Origin: Acidobacteriota bacterium
Lineage (GTDB): Bacteria; Acidobacteriota; UBA890; WLXD01
Direction of reading: 5' to 3'
Assembly (NCBI GenBank): GCA_965248695.1
Contig: CBDFKD010000002.1
Location: 2,976,001-3,040,000, forward strand
DNA length: 64,000 nucleotides
In this document: positions 19,841 to 29,986 of the stretch, one piece after another
Numbering within the stretch: position 1 is the first letter of the stretch
Layout of the letters: each line of letters begins with the position of its first letter
The notes under the pieces: model-generated
The model's input: only the letters and a program-made list of their open reading frames with translations
Databases searched by the model: none
What the model was told of the DNA's origin: nothing
Program-made: the position numbers and the translations under genes

Positions 19841-21067
19841 ATGAAGAGCACCTGGCGACGAAGTACCACGATAGCCCTTGGCGCCCTCGCAGGGCTGGCT
19901 GCCTGCTCCAATCAGGAGACCGGGGTGCCGGAGCAGACGAACCCGTCGCCGCAGACCCCCGCGGTGCAGGCGGCGCACGACGCAGTCAGCAACCCCGACG
20001 ATACGTACGTCGACGAGCTCGGGATGGAGTTCGGGATACCCATCAACCATCCTGCCATCGTCCACCCGGGCTCCGACGACTTTCCCAGCGGTCCGGCGGT
20101 GGGCGAGCGACTCCCCGACTTCACGCTGCCGAACCAGCACGGGGAAATGATCGATTTCCAGCAACACCACGCGGGCCAGAAGGCGGTTGTTGTCTTCTAT
20201 CGATCCGCCGTCTGGTGACCCTACTGCATGACGCAGCTGGTCGAGCTGCAGAAGAAGATCGGCGAGTTCGAAGCTGCTGGCATCCGCGTGTACGGCGTCA
20301 GCTACGACCCGCAGTCGGAGCTCGAGGCCTTCTCGGACCGCTACGGGATCACCTATGACCTGCTTTCGGACGTCGATTCGGCGGTTATCCGGCGGTTCGG
20401 GATTCTCAACACACTCGTCGACCCGGACGACCCTCGCGCCAGCGACCTGTATGGGATTCCGTTTCCGGGCACCTATGTAGCCGACGCATCCGGCGTCGTC
20501 ACCGAGAAGTTCTTCAACCGCCACTACGCGACCCGCGACTCGGCTGGGACGATCCTCGACAAGGCGCTCGGCGAGGTCCTGCTTCACGAGGAGGCACCGC
20601 AAACTGATCAGCAAGATGAGCGCGTCCGCATCACCGCCTTCCTCTCGGATACGGATCTGAAACTCGAGGTCACCAACACGCTCTACGTCCGTCTCGAGCT
20701 GGCGGCGAACCACCACGTCTACGCCGAGCCCCTTCCCCAGGGTTTCTACCCGACCACGGTCGACGTGCAACCGGCCCGTGGCCTCAGGGTCGGCGACGCG
20801 ATCTACCCGCCAACCAGACCGAGAGAGTTCGAGATCCTCGGCGTGACGCTCAACGTCTACGAGGATGCCGCCGAGATCGCTGTTCCAATCACCGCGACGA
20901 CACTGCTGTGGGACGATTCGGAAACCCTCGAGGCCGATAGCACCCTGCCGCTCGAGCTGGATATCGTGGTCGACTACCAGGTCTGCAGTGAGACCATCTG
21001 CTACCGGCCGGAGACGGCGCGACTGCAGATCGAGGTACCGATCGCGGCATTGGAAGAGCCGCAGTGA
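19841..21067 (+). CDS. Lipoprotein selenoprotein: AhpC/TSA-like redoxin (UPYC) fused to a DsbD-N-like domain
   Basis: ORFs 19841..20218 and 20228..21067 share a frame; FYRSAVW-U(TGA 20216-20218)-PYCMTQLVELQ; lipobox LAAC; C-terminal HVY...VCSETICY. Confidence 0.88.
20233..20249 (+). promoter_or_regulatory. Putative bacterial SECIS hairpin
   Basis: GCAGCT-GGTCG-AGCTGC, loop 20 nt after the UGA. Confidence 0.65.
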
Positions 21068-21352
21068 TCCGCGGGTCGTAGGCACTGCCCCATCGCCGGA
21101 AAACGTCGCCACGGCCATCACGAATTGACCGGGCGGTCGGCTTCCGCGCGGCGACCGAGCCGACACCGCACCGTCAAGAATCCGAGCTGCGCTGAGTCCG
21201 CATCCCCGGACTGGTATGGTGCCTCCTTCTGCCGCCCTGTGAGCCCGCTATGAGCTCCAGGCTGCAGAACGAGAGGAGCTAATGGGCAACGAAAGAGCGC
21301 GTCACGAAGGGGATCGACACCTGCTCGCGAGCGGCCAGCATCGAGAACCGTC

Positions 21353-23530
21353 GTGAGTGGGCGCGGCCCTCGGATCGTCATGGCGTGCGGTCTTCTGGCG
21401 ACCTTCGCGACCGGCACTGCGGCAGTGCCGGCCTTGCAGAACCCTCAACAGGTGTTCGACCGCGCGGTCGAGGACTTCCGCGCCGGACGGCTACACGATG
21501 CCGCGACGGCGTTCGACCGCCTGGTCGAGCTCGCCCCGGGCTCCGCTGCGCATCTGTGGCAGCGCGGCATCGCTCTCTACTACGTCGGTCGCTACCAGGA
21601 CTGCCGTGAGCAGTTCGAAGCACACCGCACAGTCAATCCGAACGACGTCGAGAACGCTGCCTGGCACTTCCTGTGCGTTGCCCGCGCCGAGTCTCCGGCG
21701 GCGGCGGGCGCCGCGCTGTTGCCGGTGGGGCCGGACGCGCGCGCACCGATGGCGGAGATCTATCGCATGTTCCGCGGCGAGCTGGCGGCCGATGAGCTAT
21801 TGACCGCGGCCGGCGCCGGGGTATCGGCGCAGTTCTACGCCCACCTCTACCTTGGCCTCTATCACGAGGCTTGGGGACGCGACGAGGCCGCGCTACGACA
21901 CATCCAAACCGCCGCCGACAATCGATACGCCGACGTAGGTGGGTACATGCACATGGTGGCACGGGTGCACTTGGGCGCTCAGCGAACTGACTACGGCGAC
22001 CTCCTGGATCTCTTCGAGGGTTGGCGAGCGTTCGAGAGACCGACCTTCACCGACGGCGTGCCGGACTACTCCCGCGCTGCGATGGCAACACAGGCAGACG
22101 CGCTGCCGGCCTACCGCGCCCGGCTCGAGGCGATCGAGATCGACTCATGGCCGATCGCCCAGCAGATCGACTGGCACCTGGTGCGCGCCGAGATGAACGG
22201 GCTCGACTTCGATCATCGCGTACGGCGACCGTGGGCCAACAATCCTGCCTTCTACGTGATGCTGTTCCCGGCCGAGTCGGACGTGCCTGCCCACGAGGGC
22301 CCGGTCATCCACGGCTGGATCGATACCTGGACGTACGACTACCCGCTATCGCCCGCCGACGCCGCCGCGCTGACCGAGCGCGTGGCGGCGATCCCGCCGC
22401 TGCTGGAGCAGGCGCGCGGCAATCTGGTGGGCGATGGACACGATCTGTGGCGCATGAGCGTGGGCTCGATACGTGGCCAGAGTGCCAACCTCGCCAGCTT
22501 CGGGGAACGAGTAGCCGGCACGAGCGCCGCACTCGACCGCGCGGTCCAGGAGGCCATCGTCGCCAGCGATCGCTTCGCTGGGTGGCTCGAGCTTCAGTTA
22601 CCTTCCAAGACCGGGGTGTCGGGCGTCGGAAAAGACAACTACAGCTGGTATCTGCAGAACGTCCACCTTGTTCCCTACACCTGGGAGCAGCAGCTCACGC
22701 TGATGCGCCGCGAGCTCTGGCGCGCCCATGCGTCGCTTCGGCTCGAAGAGAACCGCAACCGCCACCTGCCGCGGCTGAGCCGCTACCAGTCTGCCGTCGA
22801 GTACGACGAGGCGCTCAACACCGCGGTCACCGAGTACATGGAGTTTCTCGCGGAAGAAGAGATCCTGACGATCCGTGACTACATGGACGAGGCGCTGCGC
22901 GAGCGGATTGGTCGTTTTGCGCCCCCCTCGCGCGCCGACGGACTGCGCGGCTTTTTCGCCGAGGTCGACTACCGAGACGGCGAGGTCATGCGCACCCACG
23001 GGTATCACTGGTTCGACCTCGCCCGCATGCGACTCGAGCCGCACGAGAGCCCGATTCGGCGCGTTCCTGCCCTGTTCAACATCTATGACGCGCGCTCCGA
23101 GGGCATGGCCACCGGCATCGAGGAGATGATGATGCACGCCGGCGCCTTCGACGATAAGCCGCGCGCCCGTGAGCTGATCTGGATCTTGCTGGCACAACGC
23201 GCTGCACGCGCTATCGGCGGTCTCATGCAGCACGGTCGGGAATGGTCGCTACAGGAGGCCGCCGAGTTCGCCTCCGAGTGGGTGCCGCGCGGCTGGCTAC
23301 CGTCCGACGGGGCGACGATCCAGTTCGAGGAGCACTTCTACCTTACGCAGCCCGGCTACGGCACGAGCTATGTCATGGGCAAGATCGAGATCGAGCAGCT
23401 TCTTGCCGAGCGCGCCATCCAGCTTGGCGACGAGTTCAGCCTCAAGCGATTCATGGACGAGTTTTCCGCCGTCGGAGTGATCCCGGTATCCATGGTTCGC
23501 TGGGAGCTCACCGGTCGCAGCGAAGAGTAG
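21353..23530 (+). CDS. TPR domain fused to a DUF885-family (metallopeptidase-like) domain
   Basis: N-terminal LWQRGIALYY/NDVENAAW TPR block; C-terminal RSEG.A.G.EE, YL.QPGYGTSY..GK, F.LK.F.D.F...G.IP. Confidence 0.75.
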   Translation: MSGRGPRIVMACGLLATFATGTAAVPALQNPQQVFDRAVEDFRAGRLHDAATAFDRLVELAPGSAAHLWQRGIALYYVGRYQDCREQFEAHRTVNPNDVENAAWHFLCVARAESPAAAGAALLPVGPDARAPMAEIYRMFRGELAADELLTAAGAGVSAQFYAHLYLGLYHEAWGRDEAALRHIQTAADNRYADVGGYMHMVARVHLGAQRTDYGDLLDLFEGWRAFERPTFTDGVPDYSRAAMATQADALPAYRARLEAIEIDSWPIAQQIDWHLVRAEMNGLDFDHRVRRPWANNPAFYVMLFPAESDVPAHEGPVIHGWIDTWTYDYPLSPADAAALTERVAAIPPLLEQARGNLVGDGHDLWRMSVGSIRGQSANLASFGERVAGTSAALDRAVQEAIVASDRFAGWLELQLPSKTGVSGVGKDNYSWYLQNVHLVPYTWEQQLTLMRRELWRAHASLRLEENRNRHLPRLSRYQSAVEYDEALNTAVTEYMEFLAEEEILTIRDYMDEALRERIGRFAPPSRADGLRGFFAEVDYRDGEVMRTHGYHWFDLARMRLEPHESPIRRVPALFNIYDARSEGMATGIEEMMMHAGAFDDKPRARELIWILLAQRAARAIGGLMQHGREWSLQEAAEFASEWVPRGWLPSDGATIQFEEHFYLTQPGYGTSYVMGKIEIEQLLAERAIQLGDEFSLKRFMDEFSAVGVIPVSMVRWELTGRSEE

Positions 23531-23543
23531 GACGAGGGCTGAG

Positions 23544-25160
23544 ATGCTCGATGTCGGCGACGCGTACCCTCCCTTCGAGCTACAGCGTGCCGATGGGGAG
23601 GCGTGGAGCTCCACCCCGGAAACCGTGGCCGGCCCGGTGCTGCTCGCGATCCTGGAGACCGACTGTCCGACGTGTCGGCTGATCGTCCCTTACCTATCGC
23701 GCCTCGACGAAGCGCTGTCTCCGACCCCCGGGCGAGTAGTGGCGGTGTCGCAGGACTCTTCGGCCGACACCGACGCAATGCTCAGCAGTCTCCGCTTCAG
23801 CCCGCCGGCGCTGATCGATGACCAGCTCGACGTCTCTCGAACTTTCGACCCCCCGAGCGTGCCGGCGCTGTTCGTTCTGGGAACCGATGGACGCCTCGAA
23901 TTCGCTTCCATTGGCTTCGATAAGGGCGACCTGAACCAGATCGCCGCCCGCATGATGGAGGCCTACGGGCTGGCAGTCCGGTGCATCGCCGAACCCGACG
24001 ATGGGGCACCGGAGAGCAAGCCCGGCTGTGCATCGCGGCACGTGGAGCCCCCCGACGATGCCGCGATGCCACGCGCGGCGCCGATCGACCTGCACCCGCA
24101 GGAGGGAACACGGGCGACCAGGCTGACACTCGACGAGGATATCGACCTCTACGAGTACTGCATGGACGCCGGGTTCTCGCCGTGCCTGCCGGTGGTCCCT
24201 CCCACTGCGGCGCGCGTCGATCGCACCCTCGCGGCGACCCCCTTGCCCGCCGACCGGGTGATCGGCCTGGTACCTCCGTGCTACGGCGAGGCTACCGTCG
24301 AGAAGATCGCCGCCAACGCCGTGATGGCCGGCTGCAAGCCCGAGTACATGGAACTGCTGGTGCCGCTGATACGAGCCGCTTGCGACGAGCGCTTCAACCT
24401 CCATGGCGTGCAGGCCACTACCCACTCCGCCACACCGTTGGCGATCGTCAGTGGCCCGGCCGTCGATCGCCTCGGACTGACCTGCGGCGCCGGGCTGTTC
24501 GGAAACACGGCGCGCGCCAACAGCACCATCGGTAGGGCGTTCCAGCTCGTGATCACGAATCTCGGCGGCGCGCTACCGGGCGAGATCGACATGTCGACGT
24601 TGGGGAATCCCGGCAAGTTCTCCTATTGCATCGCCGAGAACCGTGCGGCGAGCCCCTGGGAGCCGCTGCATGTCGAGGACGGATTCGGTGCTAACGACAG
24701 CACGGTCACGCTGTTCGGGGCGGCCGGCATCCAGGAGGTCAGCGACCATACCGCTCGTTCCGGCGCGCAGCTCTTGCGAACGATCGCCGCGACGCTCGCC
24801 GTGGTCTGGAGCTGGCGTGTCTGTGGGCGCGTCGACGCGTTGCTGGTGATGTCGCCGGAGCATGCGGCGACAATGGCGGCGGATGGATTCACCAAGACCG
24901 ACATACGCGATTTCCTGTTCGACAACACCGGTGTGCCGTTGCGGGCGTTCGATCACGACGGCACCGAGGGGTCTCAACTTCGCGACAGGTACGATGAGAT
25001 CCGCATCGATGGGGAGCCGCACTATCGCAAGTTCAGCGACCCGAGCCAGATTCGCATTGTCGTCGCCGGCGGCACAGCAGGTAAATTCTCCGCGGTGATC
25101 GGCGGTTGGCCATCCGGTCCCGGCGGTACCCAGATCGTCACCTACCCGGTCGCGTGGTGA
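23544..25160 (+). CDS. Redoxin (CPTC) domain fused to the uncharacterised domain that accompanies UGSC proteins
   Basis: ETDCPTC; LPVVPPT..RV, ATVEKIAANAVMAGCKPEY, ATTH, RANSTIGRA, GNPGK, IVVAGG. Confidence 0.75.
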   Translation: MLDVGDAYPPFELQRADGEAWSSTPETVAGPVLLAILETDCPTCRLIVPYLSRLDEALSPTPGRVVAVSQDSSADTDAMLSSLRFSPPALIDDQLDVSRTFDPPSVPALFVLGTDGRLEFASIGFDKGDLNQIAARMMEAYGLAVRCIAEPDDGAPESKPGCASRHVEPPDDAAMPRAAPIDLHPQEGTRATRLTLDEDIDLYEYCMDAGFSPCLPVVPPTAARVDRTLAATPLPADRVIGLVPPCYGEATVEKIAANAVMAGCKPEYMELLVPLIRAACDERFNLHGVQATTHSATPLAIVSGPAVDRLGLTCGAGLFGNTARANSTIGRAFQLVITNLGGALPGEIDMSTLGNPGKFSYCIAENRAASPWEPLHVEDGFGANDSTVTLFGAAGIQEVSDHTARSGAQLLRTIAATLAVVWSWRVCGRVDALLVMSPEHAATMAADGFTKTDIRDFLFDNTGVPLRAFDHDGTEGSQLRDRYDEIRIDGEPHYRKFSDPSQIRIVVAGGTAGKFSAVIGGWPSGPGGTQIVTYPVAW

Positions 25161-25194
25161 AAGCAACCGCCGGCCACTTCACAGGAGCCCGGTC

Positions 25195-25734
25195 ATGCCA
25201 GAGATCTTGGTAAACCCGCTCGACGAAGCCGCCCAGGCACCACAGCCGGCGGCCCCTCGGCTCGACGAGCTCGAAGGCAAGACGATCGGACTGCTCGACA
25301 TCAGCAAACCCGGCGGCAGCGTGCTGCTGGACAGGTTGGAGGAGCTGTTGCGCGAGCACCATGGGGTAACAAGCTTCGTGCGGGAGGTGAAGCCGACGTA
25401 CACGAAGCCCGCCCCCGACAGTGTGCTGCAGCGGCTCGGTCTCGCCGACGGCGTCATCGAGGCGCTGGCCGACTGAGGATCGTGCACAACGTGCAGTTTG
25501 CACGACTCCGTCAGCCTCGAGAATCGCGGCATTCCCACCGTTCCGATCGCCACCGACGAGTTCCGCACTGCCGCACGAATCCAGGCGAACCGACTCGGGC
25601 GTCCGGATCTCGATGCAGTCTACGTTTCGCATCCCATCCAGGATCAGACCGAGGCCGAGATCCAGGCGCGGGCGGAAGCAGCCATCGGACAGATCGTCGA
25701 CCGACTCACCACCGCCGCCGGCAACGAGACCTGA
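25195..25734 (+). CDS. UGSC-family selenoprotein
   Basis: ORFs 25195..25476 and 25498..25734 share a frame; IEALAD-U(TGA 25474-25476)-GSCTTCSLHD...ENRGIPT...HP. Confidence 0.9.
25490..25504 (+). promoter_or_regulatory. Putative bacterial SECIS hairpin
   Basis: CGTGCA-GTT-TGCACG, loop 19 nt after the UGA. Confidence 0.65.
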
Positions 25735-26712
25735 TCACAGTCCGAGCAGACGACCGGCGTTGCCCCCCAGGATCGCGGCACGCTCGGCGTCCGAGATCTG
25801 TAGCGCGTCGATCGACGTTCGCATCTTCTCCAAACTGCCGATCATGTGCGGGTAGTCGCTGCCGGCAACGAGCTGGCCGGCTCCCGCGAAGTCGATCGTC
25901 AGCTGCAGGCAGGCCGGATCGAAGTTGACCGTGTCGTAGTAGAAGTCCTTCAGAACTTCACTCGGCCGCCGGCTCAGATGCTCGCGACAGCGACGGAAGG
26001 CCTCGTAGCCGCGGTCGAGTCGCTCGGCGAGGAACGGAATCGCGCCGCCGTTGTGGCACAGCACCCAGCGAATCCCCGGAAACTGTTCCGGCACGCCGGC
26101 GAAGACCAGGTGAGCCGCCGCCAGCGTCGTGTCGAAGAGGAATCCGACCAGCGGCATGAGCATGAACTCCTCCATCGCCTCCACCCCGAGCGGATACGTC
26201 GGGTGGATGTAGATGATCGCTCCGGCGCTGCTGGCACGCTCATAAAGGGGCCAGAACCGCTCGTCGGCCAGAGCAACGCCACCGGCGTTGCTGTACAGCA
26301 TCACGCCAGGAAAGCCGTGCTCGTCGAGTACCCGGTCGAGCTCCAGCGCCGCGGCGGCCGGGTTGTTGAGCGGCAGGTGCCCGAGTGCAGTGAATCGATC
26401 CGGATGGGCGGCCACGGCGGCGGCCAGCCCGTCGTTCACCACCATCGCCAGGTCGGCGGCACGCTGCGGCGACTCGATGCTGGTACCCGGAGCGGTGAAG
26501 CTGATGACCTGGCGGTCCACACCGCTCTCGTCGATCACGCCACAACGAAAATCGATGTCGCGATGACCCGGAACCAGGACGTTGTAGTCGCCGGGCGAGT
26601 GCAAGACCGGGTTGCCGTGGTCGTCGCTGCTGACGCGGAACGCACTGGGTCCCGCCGTGACCGCAGCGACGTAGTCCGGAGGAAAGTAGTGGTTGTGGAA
26701 ATCGATGATCAT
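25735..26712 (-). CDS. Amidohydrolase_2 family (ACMSD-like) protein
   Basis: IIDFHNH, YIHP, H.GGAIPFL..R, GSDYP. Confidence 0.88.
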   Translation of the reverse strand: MIIDFHNHYFPPDYVAAVTAGPSAFRVSSDDHGNPVLHSPGDYNVLVPGHRDIDFRCGVIDESGVDRQVISFTAPGTSIESPQRAADLAMVVNDGLAAAVAAHPDRFTALGHLPLNNPAAAALELDRVLDEHGFPGVMLYSNAGGVALADERFWPLYERASSAGAIIYIHPTYPLGVEAMEEFMLMPLVGFLFDTTLAAAHLVFAGVPEQFPGIRWVLCHNGGAIPFLAERLDRGYEAFRRCREHLSRRPSEVLKDFYYDTVNFDPACLQLTIDFAGAGQLVAGSDYPHMIGSLEKMRTSIDALQISDAERAAILGGNAGRLLGL

Positions 26713-28082
26713 GCGGAGCTCACTGACGGGGACCTGGCAGTCCACCACATGTACACCGGCAGGCCGGCACCGACCATCCCAAGGCCTGAGAGGCTCCCAG
26801 CGGGATCACTGATGATGTGGTTGACGACAACGGCGAACGCGGCGAGGGCGAACAGGAATGGCGTCACGGGATAGCCGACGATGCGGTATTCGGGCGTCCG
26901 CTTGGCCGACCTTCGCAGCTTGATCAATCCCAGCGCCAGAACGCCAAAGAACACCCATTCGGTGTAGATAACGCGCGTGAACAGCGCTCGATAGGTTCCG
27001 CTGAGCACCAGCACCGATGCCCAGAACGCCTGCAACACTACCGCGCGATGCGGCGTCCGATAGCGTGGGTGCACCTCCCCCACCCAGGCGAACAGCAGGC
27101 CGTCGCGCGCCATCGCGTAGTAGACCCTGGGTCCGGACAGAACGATTCCGGCGAGGGCACCGAAGGTCGAAAACAACACCAGTGCGATCATCGCCGTGCT
27201 GCCACCGGTGCCCAGCACCGTGTCGGCGGCGTCAGCCGCGATGCGCTGAGAATGGATCACCGTATCGATGGGCAGGAGGTAGAAGTACACCCCGTTGAGT
27301 GCGATGTAGCACGCCGTAACGATCGTCACGCCCCAGATGAGGGCCCGTGGGATGGTGCGGTGCGGCTCGATCGTCTCCTCGGCGTTGTAGCTCACCATAT
27401 GCCAGCCGCCGAAGGCGAACAGAGCTGCCGACACCGCGAGCACGAAGTCCGACAGGCCGCCGCCGCCGAGGAACGCGAACCCGGGTAGAGCCACCAGGCC
27501 CGATCCATCAGCGACTGCAACGTCAGACACAGCCTCCTCCGAGGCCGGCTGCCCGAGCGCCAGGCCGAGGACGACGATGAGCACGATTGCGGCCACCTTC
27601 ACCACGGTGAACGCCGCCTGGAGGTTGCTACCGTGCTCCACACCGCGGTAGTTGACCGCCGACAGCAGCAGAATCGTCGCCACAGCCACCAGTCGCGTCG
27701 ACGTGTCACCGAGCGGGACCAGGAAGGCAGCGTAGGATGCGAACACCATCGCCACCGCAGCGATGATTCCCGAGTGCATCACCCAGAACATTGCCCAACC
27801 CCACAGGAAGCCGAGCCAGCCGCCGAATTGCGCGCGTAGATATACATAGACGCCACCGCTGGCCGGCATCGAAGAGGCCAACTCGGCGACCACCAGCGCC
27901 CCGAGCATGGTCAACACGCCGGCCGTCAGCCACACCAGCGCGGCGCCGGTCATCGAGGGTACCCGTCCGGTGACCTCGGACGGCTGAACGAAGATGGAGG
28001 CGCCGATGATCGTGCCGACAACCATCGCCGTCGCGTGACGCGGGCCGATGGCGCGACGCAGCTCTGTCCCGCCGGGGGTCAA
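26709..28082 (-). CDS. APC family amino acid permease
   Basis: GTIIGASIF..P, AELAS..P.SGG.YVY, FAFGGW, PRVYYAMARDG. Confidence 0.9.
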   Translation of the reverse strand: MTPGGTELRRAIGPRHATAMVVGTIIGASIFVQPSEVTGRVPSMTGAALVWLTAGVLTMLGALVVAELASSMPASGGVYVYLRAQFGGWLGFLWGWAMFWVMHSGIIAAVAMVFASYAAFLVPLGDTSTRLVAVATILLLSAVNYRGVEHGSNLQAAFTVVKVAAIVLIVVLGLALGQPASEEAVSDVAVADGSGLVALPGFAFLGGGGLSDFVLAVSAALFAFGGWHMVSYNAEETIEPHRTIPRALIWGVTIVTACYIALNGVYFYLLPIDTVIHSQRIAADAADTVLGTGGSTAMIALVLFSTFGALAGIVLSGPRVYYAMARDGLLFAWVGEVHPRYRTPHRAVVLQAFWASVLVLSGTYRALFTRVIYTEWVFFGVLALGLIKLRRSAKRTPEYRIVGYPVTPFLFALAAFAVVVNHIISDPAGSLSGLGMVGAGLPVYMWWTARSPSVSSA

Positions 28083-28291
28083 GCGTGCTCTCGCAGCGTG
28101 CTCATATCCGCACTCTGTCAGGAAGTGCGCTCGGCTGAAAGCCGCAGGGGGCGAGCACAACCTACCTTGGAGGAAGTACTGTCCGTTCGAGTCGGTTAGT
28201 TTGACCGGATCTCGAACGAGATCGCCGGACCAGCCATCGACGCTGCCTGACGGAACCACGCTTACAACAATTCTCTGGAGCAACGCGCCTC

Positions 28292-29254
28292 ATGAAGATC
28301 ATCAGCGCAGATGAAGTACATGCCGCGCTCAGCTATCCCGAATTGGTCGACGCACTCCAAGACGCCTTCGGCAAGGACTTCAACCAGCCGCCGCGCCAGG
28401 TCTTCCTGCTCGATGACGCGGACGACAACTTCGACGCCTTTGCGCTGCTACCCGCCTGGAACGACACGATTATCGCCGTCAAGGCGTTCACCTACTTCCC
28501 CAGCAATTCGCCACCGCACGATCTTCTCTACTCCAAGATCATGATCTTCGACCGGCCGCACGGCGTGCCCTTGGCGTTGGTGGACGGCACCACGTGCACG
28601 TTCTGGCGCACCGGCGGAGTCTCGGGCCTGGCCACGCGTCTGCTGAGTCGTGAGGAATCTTCCACCATGTTGCTACTGGGAACCGGCAACCTGTCTACCT
28701 ACACGATCCGAGCCAACGCTTCGGTACGTCCCCTCGACAAGATCATGGTCTGGGGGAACCCCGAGGGCCTACCGCTGATGGCCGATGCCGAAGCTGTTGT
28801 CGCGCAGATGTCGGAGGAGCTGCCCGGCATCGAGTTCTCGGTGATCACCGACCTCGAAAGCGCCTGCGGCGAAGCCGACATCATCGTCTGCGCTACCGCG
28901 TCTCCCGACATCTTGATCCGCGGCGCCTGGGTCAAGGAAGGGACGCACGTCGACTTGATCGGCAACCACCACGCCGACAAGCGCGAATGCGACACCGAGT
29001 TGATCACCAACGGCCGCGTCTACGCCGACAGCTACGTCAACGCCTTCAAGGAGGCCGGTGAGATCTTGGTGCCCATCGAAGAGGGCGTGTTCACGAAGGA
29101 AGACGTAGTCGCCGAGCTTTCCGAGATGTGTTCGGGCAAGGCGACCCTGCGTACCGACGACCAAGAAATCACCGTGTTCAAGGCCATCGGCCAGGCAGTA
29201 ACCGACCTGGTGGCCGCGAGCACGGCGTACTCGGCATCGGAACGCGACGCCTAG
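28292..29254 (+). CDS. Ornithine cyclodeaminase / mu-crystallin family imine reductase
   Basis: DGT..T.WRT, GTGN, IIVCAT, GTHVDLIG, EAGE, TVFK..G.A..DL. Confidence 0.88.
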   Translation: MKIISADEVHAALSYPELVDALQDAFGKDFNQPPRQVFLLDDADDNFDAFALLPAWNDTIIAVKAFTYFPSNSPPHDLLYSKIMIFDRPHGVPLALVDGTTCTFWRTGGVSGLATRLLSREESSTMLLLGTGNLSTYTIRANASVRPLDKIMVWGNPEGLPLMADAEAVVAQMSEELPGIEFSVITDLESACGEADIIVCATASPDILIRGAWVKEGTHVDLIGNHHADKRECDTELITNGRVYADSYVNAFKEAGEILVPIEEGVFTKEDVVAELSEMCSGKATLRTDDQEITVFKAIGQAVTDLVAASTAYSASERDA

Positions 29255-29261
29255 CCGGGGC

Positions 29262-29750
29262 TCATTCGCCGCTGTAGGCGACGTAGATCTTGCGCACGCC
29301 ATCCGGCACGCCGAAGGTACCGGTCCAGCCCTTGGGAAGCACGACGCCATCACCGGGAACATGGGTGCTGGCGTTGCCGTCGGTGTCTGTGAGGACGATC
29401 TTGCCCTGCAGCACGTACATCATCTCGTCGACCGCGTACGGGTCGGGCACGTCGAGCACTCCTGGGGTGGCCTCCCAGACGCCGATCGTGAGCTTGCCGT
29501 CGGCGCTCTGGTAGAAAGTGTGCCCGCGAGCATCGAAGTCACTGCGGTCCGGGTAGTAAGGGCTGTACTCGCCTAGCCCTTTGCCCGCGAGCTTGGCGCC
29601 ATCGAACTCGACCGCCGACATCGCAGCCGCTGCCGCCTCGGCGTAAGGGGCCACCGGGCCCAACTGGCCGATGATCGCGCCTGCCGACACCAGCGCCACG
29701 CTCCAGGCAACCAATCCAAGAGCTCGAGTCTTGCTGTTGTTGCGACGCAT
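29262..29750 (-). CDS. Secreted cupin (EutQ/DUF861-like) protein
   Basis: GVWEATPG, DEMMYVLQG, PGD.V.LPKGWTG, RKIY. Confidence 0.8.
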   Translation of the reverse strand: MRRNNSKTRALGLVAWSVALVSAGAIIGQLGPVAPYAEAAAAAMSAVEFDGAKLAGKGLGEYSPYYPDRSDFDARGHTFYQSADGKLTIGVWEATPGVLDVPDPYAVDEMMYVLQGKIVLTDTDGNASTHVPGDGVVLPKGWTGTFGVPDGVRKIYVAYSGE

Positions 29751-29867
29751 CCCTTACGCCCTCCTGTCGAGAGTGGTCGGACCCGTGCGAGGCACGTGCC
29801 GGACGAGCATATTCAGCTTGCGTCGGGAACCTATCACGTGATCGATACCGGATAGCCGCGGCGGAGC

Positions 29868-29975
29868 CTGGAAGCGTCCGCGCTCCGCCCGGAAAGACCG
29901 TCGGCACGTCACGTGCCGGAAACGGCCGCTGGAAGCGTCCGCGCTCCGCCCGGAAAGACCGTCGGCACCTCACGT
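29868..29975. repeat. 47-bp direct repeat, two copies, 61-bp period
   Basis: CTGGAAGCGTCCGCGCTCCGCCCGGAAAGACCGTCGGCAC(G/C)TCACGT at 29868 and 29929, one mismatch. Confidence 0.9.
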
Positions 29976-29986
29976 TGGAGCGTTCG

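Noticed and set aside
29868-29975. Possible CRISPR array
   Set aside because: Only two 47-bp units with a 14-bp spacer and no cas genes
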